Source: Styela clava
Taxonomy: Eukaryota
DNA: 64,000 nt
Reading direction: 5' to 3'
Assembly: GCF_964204865.1 (NCBI RefSeq)
Contig: NC_135251.1
Coordinates: forward strand, 6,634,001 to 6,698,000
The position numbers were made by a program, and so were the translations under genes. Shown here in pieces: positions 39,996 to 53,800 of this stretch (the stretch's first letter is position 1; each line of letters begins with the position of its first letter). The notes under the pieces are model-generated. The model was not told where the DNA came from and did no database searches. It saw only the letters and a list, made by a program, of their open reading frames with translations.

Positions 39996-41702
39996 TTCTA
40001 GCTAGCTTCTTGTCATCATGACCTTCTACTCATTTATAATTATTTTCGAAACTTTGCAATAATATTCACATGAAACAAGAGTTATGTTTCTTTATGGAAA
40101 TTTCAGTTCTAATTTTACTAGAACTTTAAAATTGTAATTTCAGCACTAGGGGACAACAGATTGCTATTCGATTGCATCTCCTATAGGCTGTAACTACAGT
40201 GACCTCATAAATTATAAAACATAAAATAGGACCTTTAAATATGTTTGAAGTAGATAAAATTATTTGCTCATAAAAGGCAAAAGAATGTCCGACGTCTGCA
40301 GTTTTGGCTGTCCTTGTTTGTAGAGTAAACGCATATATATGTCGGCGTTTTATCGCTTCAACTTAATTTATTGCAACGTTTGCGAAAGTAAGCCCTCCCT
40401 GCTTTGTAGTTAAACATTTTCTTGTTAGTTACGTTAGATAACAAACTGGTATGGTGACGCAATATCTTTTAAATATATCAATTTTATTGCAGATGTACTG
40501 AGAAATGGATCCGAGAATATTAAAGTATAACATTTTTATAGATTTGTACATAATAGTCCTAGTCATAGTCAATTTTTTTTCTTCATCCATTAAAAACGAA
40601 CATGCGAAATAGAAAAATAAATAAAATTCAACACCCATTTTTACTGGGGAAGGGAAGCCACGAGGAACCAAAACTGGTTATCGAGCAGCGACACCCAAGA
40701 TACGCCCTCGTAAACATCCCATTTCATTTTTTCAGCAACACAATAATTTTTTCGTGTTGTTAAATCCTAATAAATTGGCTTATTTTTTTTAACTGAAAAT
40801 TCATATTTAAAAGTCGTTTAACTGCAGGGATTAAACAGCTTTTAAACACGGTTTTATTTTATTGAAATATAAATATTTAAAAGGAAGTATAGCGTAATTA
40901 AAAATAACGATGAGTCTAAGAATTATTAATATTTATACTCGATTTTTACTTTATATAAACCTGTTACTCTATGAGGGAAACTTTGACGGATTTATTAACT
41001 CATTTTCCAATTTCAAGTTGATGTAACAGTTGAAAATATTTAAAATAATAATCAAGTGCGAAATTGTAATTGTTGATGTTTATTCTAGGCGATGGCGCTG
41101 GATGGTAAATTTCGTTTTTAAGATGAGAGCCGATAAGACCATATTAATGAACACTCGGTTACGAACGAAAATCTGAAAATGCAGCTATATATTAAAAAAC
41201 CTAGTATTTAGGCGTTGCAATAATGCATTTTTGTTGAATGTTTGTTTCCACAATAAATTGACACGCCATGAATCATGCAAAAGATACGAATCTAGCAACT
41301 TTCATTTCTAATGTTTATAACATATAAATGTTACTTTGAAGCCGTTCGAACGCGTAGTTTAGGATGATGCCTCGTAAATGTTATTTCCGAACAAACACTA
41401 CAAACAAAAGAAAGAGAGAACACTTGTCAAAACTTATATAATAAAATATTCAAATTAAAAACGACTAAAAGGAACTTTGAAAAAATATATTTTGTGAAAT
41501 TTAACTAGAGAGTCCTACGCTGCAACAGTACTTCATTGTGATTAATCGCAAAGTGAATTACCTTTAGGTAACAGTACATGTATATATTTAATGAAACTTG
41601 AAAGAGTGAATAGCTTCTAAATCTTGTGTCTCTTTTAATCACGCGAATAAAAGTATTTTGTAAAATTGGATTCGTTACTGTATAAGGATTTGTTATACGT
41701 TT

Positions 41703-43288
41703 ATTATTATTATTATAATATTATTTTAATGGTGCTTATAACTGGCTTAGTTTTGTGCACCAGGACTGTGATATTAAGCGTTTGGTGCTCAAATGCTTCG
41801 ACCCGTTACGAGGACGTATTCTATAACAAATGATATAATTCTGGGGTTTGTTAGCAAATTGATAATATTCACGGGGCCTATATTCAGTTCTTTGCAATGA
41901 TTAAGTAAAATTGATCTTGGGAAGTTATAACGGGGACAATTCAATATTAAATGTTCGACGGTTTCGTTTTCCGTGCAGGTGTCGCAAAATCCACTTCCGT
42001 GGAGTCCAATTTTATGAAGATGAAAGTTCAGACGACAGTGGCCTGTTTGTAGTCTGAACAATAGTATTTCATATTTTCTAGATAATTTGCAGTAATTATG
42101 TACTTTAATCGATGGGAAGAATAATTTGAAATGTTGAGCTTTTTCTAGTGTGATATAATAGTTATTCCATTCCATTTCGCACTTCGCATTAATAATTGAC
42201 TTTGCTTCGTTTTTCGAGAAATTGATGACAGACGTTAAAATACTTCCGTCCATTGTTGCTTCTTTTCTAGTTTGTCTGCACTTTCGTTGCCAGCAATTCC
42301 AACATGTCCTGGGATCCACACGAAATCTACGAAAATATTTTGGTTCCTGAGGGAAGATAGAATAGTTTTAATTTTAAAAAACAACATATGATTAACAAAG
42401 TAAATTTTACTTAATCCTTGTAAAAGGCTCAGACAATCGGTCAAAATTAAAACACGTGACGGCCGATGCAAAGTTATCCAAAGCAATGCTCTGTACACGG
42501 CATAAAGTTCAGTTGTAAACGAACTTAATTTTTTGTCAAGTGTAAAAGATTTGGAGACGTCATACTTTAAAATACAAAATGATGAACCACATCCTGTATC
42601 CGTCTTTGATCCGTCCGTATAAATTAACAAGTATTGACTGTAATTCTCAGTAATATATTCATCACATATTAGTTTACTTATAGGTAACGGATCTGTTTTC
42701 GAAATAATATTCGCGAGCGACACATCAATATTTGGAAGTTCCATTTCCAAGGAGGTGACTGAAGAGGGGGTACACGGTTAACCGAAATTTGCTTGAAAAC
42801 ATCCGATGTGGTTAGCATGTTGAAGGTTTGAAACAAGGGTGACTTCGGGTAAAGCTCGTGCCATGTTTGTTCTATTATGTTTCTATTCGGATATTGCGTA
42901 ATCGATAAAATTTTGCTCTTATATCTCATGCAAGCCTGTCGGTGACGAAATTTAATCGGAATCTCTCTACAGGTAACATTTAGGCAGCAGATCGGGGTGC
43001 TGGGCAAAGCACCACAGCAAATACGAAGAGATTTATTTTGTAACAGCGATATTTTCCTAATTACATACTTTGGTGCAAAATAATAAGCTTCTATTCCGTA
43101 TTCAATTATTGACCGTATTAATACCCTGTATAATTTAAGCAAAGTTTCTCGGGAAGCTCCCCATGTTGTGCCTGTCAAAAGTCTCAACAGATTTAATCTT
43201 TTATCACATTTGTGTGTTACATGTTCTACATGAGCTTTATACTTCAATTTGTTGTCGAATATAACGCCAAGGTATTTATACTCAGATT
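41703..43288 (-). mobile_element. 5'-truncated I-group LINE (RT C-terminus, RNase H, CCHC) with (TAA)n tail
   Basis: Motifs YKYLGVIFD, YTDGSK, ELYAV, TDCLS, WIPGHVGIAGNESADKL and CDTC..ETVEHLILNCP. 14-bp TSD TTTGTTATACGTTT (41689-41702, 43289-43302). Empty site in the paralog at ~54496-54526. Confidence 0.95.
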
Positions 43289-43779
43289 TTTGTTATACGT
43301 TTGATGAAGCTAAGAACACATTCTACGCTCGTATGTTGACGCGAACTCTTATTTGGTAAAGTAATTAATCAAATGCTAAACAATCGAACCACATAATTTT
43401 TGACCATTTTTTTCATAATTCAGTCAATAATTAGTTTTATATTTGTCAATTTATCACCAACTGTCTGTTTTAGAGAGGCAACTTTCACATTTCAAATTTA
43501 TAAAGAATAAAATGTACCAAAACAATTATGGGGCTCATGTCATTATATAAACTCTTTTTAACGAGTATTTTTAAAAATTTGCAATAATATTTACATTAAC
43601 AAGAGCATCATGTTAGTTTTGGTAATTTCTTACAGCATCAGAGTACCAAAATATACAGTACTTGAAAACGAAAAACCAGATGCTGTTATATGTTTCGGAA
43701 TTCCTATTTGCAAAGTATTTGTAACCTTACAACTATAAAATCGCTGTTGTCGCTCAATACTTTTATTAGAACTATAAAA

Positions 43780-46617
43780 TTGTAATTTCAGCACTAGGTG
43801 ACAACAGAAAGCTATTCGGTTACGTCTCTCATGGGTTGTAAATATAATGACCTCATAAATTATAAAACTTTAAAATTAAGATTTTTAAATATGTTCGAAA
43901 TAGATAAACTTGTTTGCTCTTAAAAGGAAAAGAATGTCATATGTCTGCCCGTTTGTCGCCATTTGTTTGAAAAGTAAACACATATTTATGTCGATGTTTA
44001 ATCGCTTCAACGCTTATTGCAACGTTTGCGAACGCGAACGTCAGCAATTTCTTTCAAATTATAGTAGATAATAAATTGGTGTGGTGACGCAATATTTTTT
44101 AAATGTGTCAAACTTGAAGTAGATCGACTGAAAAAAGCTTTTGTGAATATTTAAGTATGAGCTTTTCATAGGTTTGTATGCATTTATAACAATCTCCTAA
44201 ATATCCTATTTCATTTTTATTCAGCAACACGTTCTTGCACGTTGTGAACATTTTTTCTTAGAAATCCTAATAAATTGGCCGATTTGTTGAACGAAATAGA
44301 TCCAAAGTGTAGGAAATAAATTTTAAAAATTATTTTGGCGCATAGATTAAACAGCCTATGAAAAACAGTTTAGTTTCATTGAAATATAAATATTTAAAAT
44401 GTACCAAGGGCGATATCAAACATAACGATGGGTCTAAGAATGTTCGAATTATTTATATTTATATTCAATTTTTATTTGATAGCAACTTGTTTGTACATAA
44501 GAAAACTTAGCAAATCAATTTGACAAAACTGATAATAATTTATTTTCTTGTATTAGTTTTCCGGTATGAGATGCAAACTTGGAACAAATATCTTTGCGCT
44601 CACGTCAGAACAAAAGCATGTCAAGGACGATATATTTTCTTATATAAAAGAATCACTGGTTTGGTTGACAATGTAAATCAAATGAAACAAAGTAAAATAT
44701 ATTTCTCGTAAGCACATACTTGTCACTTTATTTGTGTTGTTTAGGTCAGATATTTGTCAGTTCTCTTGCATGGCATATGGCATTTATGAGTCCCGGTACA
44801 CATACAAACAGTATTGGCGTAAAACCGTATGTTACTTCTAAATACTTCTAAATATAGTGGTAACTTGTAGTACATGAAATTCTATGCCCTGCAAGAAGTA
44901 TTACCAAAAATATTTTATATGCAGGTCTTGACGCATTTGTTGTTTTGTTATTTTATCTATTAATTGAGCTTGAATTGTTATGTCACAATGTAATCGTAAA
45001 CAAGACGTCCACCCTTCCACACGTCGACTTGCGCGCTTAGTTAGGCTAACAGGAAAGTAAGTTTGGACAAGTTTATTTGCTTAAAAATTCTTTTCAATCA
45101 TCGGTCAAAGAGCCATAAATATGTTCTAGCCGTTTGAATCTTCATGGCTCTGTAAAAACGGATTATTTGCTATGGCCAAATTTAAAAGCAAAAAGGGCGG
45201 GACGGAACCTCAATTCAATTGTTTTTTAAATTGGGCACACACATCGCATTAACATTTGCAGAACAATTTGTTCAAATCCAACTTTTTCTAGCTAGCTTCT
45301 TGTCATCATAACCTTTTATTCATTTATAGTTATTTTCGAAAATTTGCAATAATACTCACATGAAACAAGAGTTATGTTTCTTTTTGGAAATTTCAGTTCT
45401 ACTTTCACTAGAACTTTAAAATTGTGATTTCAGCACTAGGGGACGACAGATTGCTATTCGATTGCATCTACTATAGGCTGTAACTACAGTGACCTCCTAA
45501 AATATAAAACATAAAATAGGACCTTTAAATATGTTTGAAGTAGATAAAATTATTTGCTCTTAAAAGGAAAAGTATGTCATATGTCTGCCCTTTTAGCGCC
45601 ATTTGTTTGAAAAGTAAACACATATTTATGTCGATATTCAATCGCTTCAACCTAATTTATTGCAACGTTTGCAAACGCGAACGTCTAGCAATTTCTTATA
45701 AATTATAGTAGATAATAAATTGGTGTGGTGACGCAATATTTTTTAAATGTGTCAAACTTGAAGTAGATCGACTGAAAAAAGCTTTTGTGAATATTCATTT
45801 ATAAGCTTTTCATAGATTTGAATGCATTTGTAACAATCTCCTAAATATCCTATTTCATTTTTATTCAGCAACACGTTCTTGCACGTTGTGAACATTTTTT
45901 CTTAGAAATCCTAATAAATTGGCCGATTTGTTGAACCAAATAGATCCAAGTGTAGGAAATAAATTTTAAAAATTATTTGGCGCATAGATTAAACAGCTTT
46001 AACAGAAAAACAGTTTAGTTTTATTGGAATATAAATATTTAAAATGTACCAAGGGCGATATCAAAAATAACGATGGGTCTAAGAATGTTTGAATTATTTA
46101 TATTTATATTCAAGTTTTACTTTATAGCAACTTGTTTGTACATAAGAAAACTTAGCAAATTAATTTCACAAAACTAATAATAATTTATTTTCTTGTGTTA
46201 GTTTTCCGGTATGAGATGCAAACTTTGAACAAATATCTTTGCGCTAACGTCAGAACAAAGGCATGCCAAGGACGCTATTTATTCTTATATAAAAGAATCA
46301 CTGGTTTGGGTAACAATGTAAATTAAATGAAACAAAGTAAAATATATTTCTTTTAAGCACATACTTGTTACTTTATTTGTGTTGTTTAGGTCAGATATTT
46401 GTCAGTTCTCTCGCATGACATATGGCATTTATGAGTCCCGGTTCACATACAAACAGTACTGGCGTAAAAACGTATGTTACTTCTAAATACTTCTAAATAT
46501 AGTGGTAACTTGTAGTACATGAAATTCTATGCCTTGCAAGAAGTGTTACCACAAATATTTTCTATGCAGGTCTTGACGCACTCATTGTTTTGTATTTTTA
46601 TCTATTAATTGCGCTTG
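43780..46617 (+). repeat. Tandem duplication with ~1.64-kb period (43.8-44.97 kb vs 45.42-46.62 kb); 45.0-45.67 kb also matches 39.74-40.38 kb
   Basis: Long near-identical stretches, e.g. TTCTAAATACTTCTAAATATAGTGGTAACTTGTAGTACATG at ~44836 and ~46481. Confidence 0.9.
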
Positions 46618-46893
46618 ACAAAGTGCCTTATTGTAAAACGCTACTGCGGAAGAGTTTTATATATGCTGTGACAGTACTAGATCGCAGCTTCACGGGTGTT
46701 GGTGTCTACCATGAGTATAGTCGGAAACAAATTGATTTGTTATCTGGTGTCAATGCACATTCGTGAAGTAAGCAATACAGTATTGTAAGACTCATGCCTT
46801 GTTTCCGCTCACTATACTTATTTTCTCATTCACATCAAGATTACAACATTGTGCTACTGTGTCCCATTTTTTGTTCGACACAATTTTGATGTC
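46200..46893 (-). pseudogene. Possible decayed death-fold domain coding exon
   Basis: After an AG acceptor: DIKIVSNKKWDTVAQCCNLDVNEKISIVSGN-(frameshift)-GMSLTILYCLLHEC, later IASLACLCSDVSAKIFVQSLHLIPE. Pattern recognised by eye only; many stops. Confidence 0.2.
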
Positions 46894-47809
46894 CTAATAT
46901 GCTAATAAAAAGTTATTCGAAGGATAATTTATTTGTAATACTTAAGTTTCAAGAAGTAAAAAAATCTCTGACGTTTGTGGCAATTGCCTGCACATTAAAC
47001 GAGTCGTTAAGTCGCACGAAGAAAAATGATTTTTCTGGTATTTGGTTATTACTGAGCCACGATCGGTAATAGGATAGTTATACTTACTCAGTGGTAATAT
47101 TAAATGAATAGTTATGAACACAGTATTACTTGAGAAAAATCACAATGAAATATTATTATTTGCAAGTTATAGACGTTTGTCATCAATTAATGTTAACAGG
47201 TAATGTTTCAAACACAGAAGTTATCGATCTTATAATCCAAATTGAACTTTGGGAAATTAAAATTGTAATGTAATAAAGAATTATTTTATGTTTAACCAAA
47301 TATTTCATTGTGGACTTATTTGAGTAATATTTAAAAATTAACGAGGTGTACAATTTCAAATTTGACAATAAAGTGCATGAATTACCTCGTTTTTTCAAAG
47401 ACAGCGAAATTTGTAATAATGAATAAATTAGCCAATTGTAACAGACTGCAATGACGCAGGTCAACGGACACTATTAATATTTGTAAACTAGGAAAGTTAA
47501 ATATTTTATCTGACCAACTGAAGAATGAGTCACCCTCAATGTACTCTTTTTCTTTGATTCACGTTGATCACATTTAACATTGAATATTTTTGTATTTTAC
47601 AATTTATAATAAATGTTTTTAATTTAAATCAGATTATTGTCTCATGGCAAAATGAGTAAAAATAAAGATACTAAATTAATAATGTGCTTTAATTTTAAAT
47701 TATTCACATTTGTCCTTATTAAAATTTAATTGAGACGCAGTTAATAACATATTTTAAATAACAATAGAGTTTGAATAAAATAAAAGAATTTATTTGTTTT
47801 AAAATTCAA

Positions 47810-50800
47810 CTGTTTATCACTTTTACATAGTTATGGTGCTTTGCAGCCAGCAGAATATTTTTTAGATAGAAAATATTAGTCAAACTGAGCATAATGGTTT
47901 TAAAAAATTCTTTACCAGGACGATCTTAATATTGAAAATGATATAGACCCATCCGTATTTTTTTAATATTCACATATTGAACATTTATAAATTTGTTTGA
48001 TTTGTTTTAAAAATTCAAAGTGAAGCAAAATTAAAATGGATTTAAATATTTGTGGAAATTTACTTGTAAATAGCAATTTTAAGTTTAATATTTAATAGCA
48101 ACATGTTGCTCAAACATTACTCGTGCGTTAACCTGTGATTAGCTCATGACTTTGTTCATAAAGAACCGGTAGATATAACCGACGTAAAAAGAATATGTAA
48201 AAAATCAAACTCACTCTTAATATTTATGGTCATGTAATTTTCACCTATTCAGAATGGTTGAACTAAGCATTATTTTAGGTTTCTTTTAACATTTTCATCT
48301 ACTATCCATTCAATCTAATATATATATATATATATATTTTGAACTTTGTTAAGCTGTAGTAACCATTGACCTATTTTAATATTGAATCACATAGATGGAT
48401 TATGGTTTTAGCAATGGCTTTGTTAAAAATAGAGAATGCATAGACTATCGCAGTGTCAGTTACTGCGAATTAACCAAGAAGATTAAAATTGAAACTATAG
48501 AGTATATGACAGATGATGGCGCTCTGGTGTCAAATAAAATTGGTCATGTTTATTTTCCTTCGTACGTCTTGGGGACCAGCCTTTCTTTAGTTATTTGGGA
48601 ATATTAGCTAACGAAAACGATCGCTTTGCAATATTCCTTCATAAATGAAGTATTTTTCAGAGATATATGAAAGAATTCCAGACATCGCTAAACTATTTTT
48701 GCTATAAAACCGTTGATTATACTAACTAAATCAATTCGGACACTTACGTCATGTTAGATTTCAATTTGATAAATTAATCATTAAATATTTTTGAGGTAAT
48801 TTTCTTGAGAACAATCAGAAATGTTTTTTCAAATCGTATCCTCGATCCTGTTTTCGGTAATGTCAATAATATTATGTCCAAGTATCCAAAAACCAAACAA
48901 AGACGGAAAATTCGAATGATGCAAAACAAAACAGTTTCTTGCTATAGGTATACTAAAACGAATGTAGTCACTAGATTTGATTCTTCAATTTCTGATATAG
49001 TACAATAATTTGTAAAGCAGCTTAAAGGCAGAGTTTAAAAATGGTGTTTCAGTTATTAATTATATTTGAATTGCTTGTTTTACGATCTATGTACTCGCTT
49101 CGCGTACAATATTTAAAAATATCAATGTAGTTTTAGTTAAAATAACTCTTCTTCACTACTTTGATTGTCCAACTCAAAACTAATAAAAAATAAAAGTACA
49201 AAAAAGTAGAGCAAAAAATACAAAGTTTTTCAAATTGCTAATTAGTTATTGTCTGATGTTTGTGCTTCCATCTTTATTTTATGTTCAAAATTCCTATCAT
49301 ATGACTTGAGACAATTTCTTGAAATATTTTGAAAATGTTATGATATTTTATTGAATTATACTAAAATAAATTTTTATATGTTGTATTTATTTTGAGTTGT
49401 ATTTGTTTCACCTGGAATTCATGGAGCAATTATTATGTACACAGAATATAAAGTCTGTAACGTAATATAAACTCATTCAACAAGTTTCGTTTCGTAACGG
49501 AAATGGGAAATAGATTAAAAACAAAAATCCTACTAAATACTTTTTCGCTTGATATATTCATAATTTTTATCTAAAATGTTCAAAATTATTTAACACTAAA
49601 TTTCAAATTTAAGAAGGGTAATTCATAAACAATTCTACACATGATATATAACTGCGAGTTTCTTAATGTTACACGAATAACAAAATTTTATTACGAAAAT
49701 AATGGATATACATTCATTTTTACAAATTGAGTAGTCAGTTGCGTATTGTTTGCATAAGATAAATTTGTTTTACAAAACCTAAATTTGGTGATAAGTATGA
49801 TTAATGCTGTTTGCTTATGGTGTGAAAAACAGGTCGTCGAGCAAATCGTTGTAATTTTCCGACGTTTGCTTTATCCCTTTTTTCATTTTATGCGTAATAT
49901 TTTTCCCTGTTTTTTTTCTCTGCTTTGTATATATACGATAATATACTTTCCATATTATGCACAGATGAAATTTCTCAGATTAAAAATTCGAAACTTCAGC
50001 AAATTACATCGTTTTGCTAACGCCGGTTGTGCTCTATTTATCCTCGTCATGAGAATATACCTGGTGGCAATCATTCGCTAAACAGGTCGTCTGTTGTTCA
50101 AAATCTTGAAAATTTTAAAATTGCAATGAAATTCATTATACCCTCGTAACTAAACATTGGAATTTTATTAACAACACAATATTTTTTTGAACGTGGTTGA
50201 AGTTTGTACTAAAAAATGTAAAAAAATAAAACGCTGAACTGGAAATAATCGGAATAATATGATATTTTTATGAATTCATTTAGCGCAGAAAGCGCAGAAT
50301 GTGTACAGCTAATAAAAACCATTACAGATTAATGAAAAATATAAATGAATTGAGCCCTCTGTAGTTCCGCTTAGTATTGATAATAACAATGATTTATGAT
50401 ATTCAACTCATAATACTTGTTCGTCTTTTATGGCAAATTATTAAATTGGTTTGAATGTACTTATCATTATAAATATATTCTCCCATATTAGTTTCCCAGC
50501 ATTGCAGTGTCATAAAATCTGAAAGTTGACCTCTTAGTTCAAGTCGTTTACAATATTTGTCACTGACGACATGGTATTGCATGGCAGTTGATGGATACGT
50601 TAGTCGATGGCGCCATGGCGTGTTTTTTAGGAAGTTTCGCTGAACTGTAATGAAAGTCTTTTAATCAATTAAATAAGAACCAATGAATACTAACGAATAT
50701 TAAAAATTGAGCGACTTAACATAAAAGTGACATGTCATGAATGTATGAAGAAGCTTTTGCCAGTCAGGGATTTCCGGGAAAAGTACGAATTACACACAAT

Positions 50801-53800
50801 TATTTCAGATGAAAACCTTTCGATAAGACTATATTAATGAACATGTGATTACGATAAAAATAGGGATATATAATCAAAACCCTAGTATTTAGGCGTTGCG
50901 ACACTGCCTTTTTGCTCAATGTCTTTTTAACAAAAAGTGACACCTCATGAATCATGGAAAAGCTAAGGAATCTTGAATTTTTTATCCCTTATTTTTATAA
51001 CATATAAATGTTACTTGTAAACCGTTTGTGCTCGTAGTTTAAGATGATGCCTCGTAAATGTGATTTTTTCTCAAACAATTTTTCTCAAACAATTTTTTTC
51101 CTCGTGAATGTGGTTCGAACAAAAAATACGAAGAAAAACAGGGAAGAATACTTGTGAAAATTTATGTAATAAAATAATTAAGTTAAAAACGACTAAAAGG
51201 TACTTTGGAAAAATATATTTGGTCGAATTAAACTCTGAAGAGTCCAACGCTGCAACAGGAATCGTTAATGCTCATTGTGATTAATCGCGAATCGCTTTAG
51301 TCAAGCGTTCATGTTCGTTTCGGTAATTTCTTATAGCTTCTGAGTTACACAAAAAAATACACAACACTTGAAAACGAAAAACCAGATGTCGTTAAATGTT
51401 TCTGAATTTTAATTTGCAAAGTATTTTGATATCTCGAGTCAAACGTACATTTTATTAATCGGTCAATTTCATAATTACTTATCACAAAATGTCTGTTGAA
51501 AAACCTCAACACTTTATCAACAGAAAGTCAGTGTCAAGACATTTATGCTGCTTCACGTCATTTTATACTATTTATTTGAAAAAATGTTTTTGAATTTTTT
51601 CAGAAATAGAATCTATTATAGGATTTCAATCAATTTATTTTATGAATAATTTTAATATTAATCCGGCATCCGGCCCGCGGAGTAGTATAATCTGTAGTAT
51701 AATTATAATTGAACAAAATATTTGAGGAAATAAGGAATTCCATGAGGAAATAAATTTATATTCTATTTGGGAGATGTATAACGGCTTGATTTTTATTATA
51801 AAAAGTATCTTTTCAACTTTCTAAAAATACATGCGGCCCGCCAATCACTCGCAACCCTCAATTTTGGCCCGCGAGCGACAAAAACTTGCCGACCCCTGAC
51901 GTATATTTTAGTGGAAAACATTTGAATCTTACAATATCTAATACCACTTCTATTCGTTGAACACGAAATTGAATTTATCTCGTTAGATAATCAAAGGGGA
52001 ATAGAATTTCAGACCAAAATACACTAGCGTACAGGGATAATAGTCATTCTACTACAAGTTGCTCAAACAATACGCATATGTTAGTGTAATCACATTATTT
52101 AACATACTTTACTTTTATCACCTTAGCTTGTGATTTTATTCATAAAATGCAGCTATTTGATTAATATAAAATGTGAATTTTGAAAAAAAATAATTCATGT
52201 AATTAATGTAATTAATTAATTCATAAATCCACCTATTTAAAATAGACCAACCAAACAATACTTTGGGTAAACTGTGGATTCAGTTTCATATTCTCATCTA
52301 CTGAAAAACAAATTTAAATTAATATATATTTTTGAACTTTGATAAATTATTGAATTATTTTGAATGTACTGTTCATTATATAAGTATATTCTCCCATATA
52401 AGTTTCTCGACATTGCAGTGTCATAAATCTACAAGTTGACCATTCAGTTCAAGTCGTTCACAGTATTTGTCACGTGCGACATGGTATTAGTTGATGTATA
52501 CGTCACTTGAAGGCATGGGGTATTCTTTAGTAGGTTTTGCTGGTTTCTGATGAATATATTTTGATCAATCAAAAAAGAACCATTGTATACTAAGGAAACT
52601 CAAAAACGTAGTGTCCTAGCAACAAAGTGACATGTCATGAATTCCCAAAAAGCTTTGGCGAATCATGAACTTTTTATGTCAACAGTACGAACCACAACAT
52701 TTTTTTTTCATAATTCAGTCAATAATTAGTTATATATTTTTCAATTCATCACCAACTGTCTTTTTTAGAAAGGCAACTTTCACATTTCAAATTTATAAAG
52801 AGTAAAATGTACCAAGACAATTATGGGGCTCATGTCATTATAAACTCCTATTTACAAGTATTTTTGAAAATTTGCAATAATATTTACTTTATAACAAGAG
52901 CGTTATGTTTGTTTTGGTAATTTGTTACAGTGTCGGAGATAAAAACAATTACACAGTACTTGAAAACAAAACCAGATGTCGTCAAATTAATCAAAATTTT
53001 CATCTTCGAAGTGTTTGGAATATCACAAATTATATTCGCACTTGTCGCTAAATCATGCTACCAGAACTATAAAATTTTGATTTCAGCAGTAGGTGACAAC
53101 AGAGTGCTATTTGATTACGTCTCTTATAGACTGTAGCCGGTAACTACAATGACATCATGAATTATAATAATTTAAAAATAGGACCTTGAAATATGTATAA
53201 AGTAGATAAAATTATTTGCTCATCAAAGGAAAAGAATGTCATATGTTTGCAATTTTGGCGACACTTGTTTGGGGAGTAAACGCACATTTATGTCGACGTT
53301 TAATCGCTTCAATCTAATTTATTGCAACGTTTTTGAAAGTAGGCCATACTTCGTAGTCTAACAATTTCTTGTAAATTACAAAAAATAACAAAATTGATAT
53401 AGTGACGCAATATTAGTTGAATACGTCTCAATCTTGAAGTAGATCGACTGAGAAATGGTTTGGAAAGTATTTAAAATAAGATTTTTATAGATTTGTATGT
53501 GATACGCCCTTGTAAACGTCCCATTTCATTTTTTCAGCAATACAATAATTCTTGCGTGTCGTGGAAAACTTTTCTTTCAAATCCCAATAAATTGGCCGAT
53601 TTGTGGAACAAAAAAAATCATATTTTAAAACTTTTTTTAATGCAGGGATATAAAGTAATTTAACTGTACCAATGACGTAAACCAACGTAACGATGCATCT
53701 AAGAATTTGGAAAATGTTTATATTTAAACTCAATTTTTATTTTAAATCGACATGTTTTCTATATAAGAAAACTTAGATGAAACTAGGATGCATTTATTTT

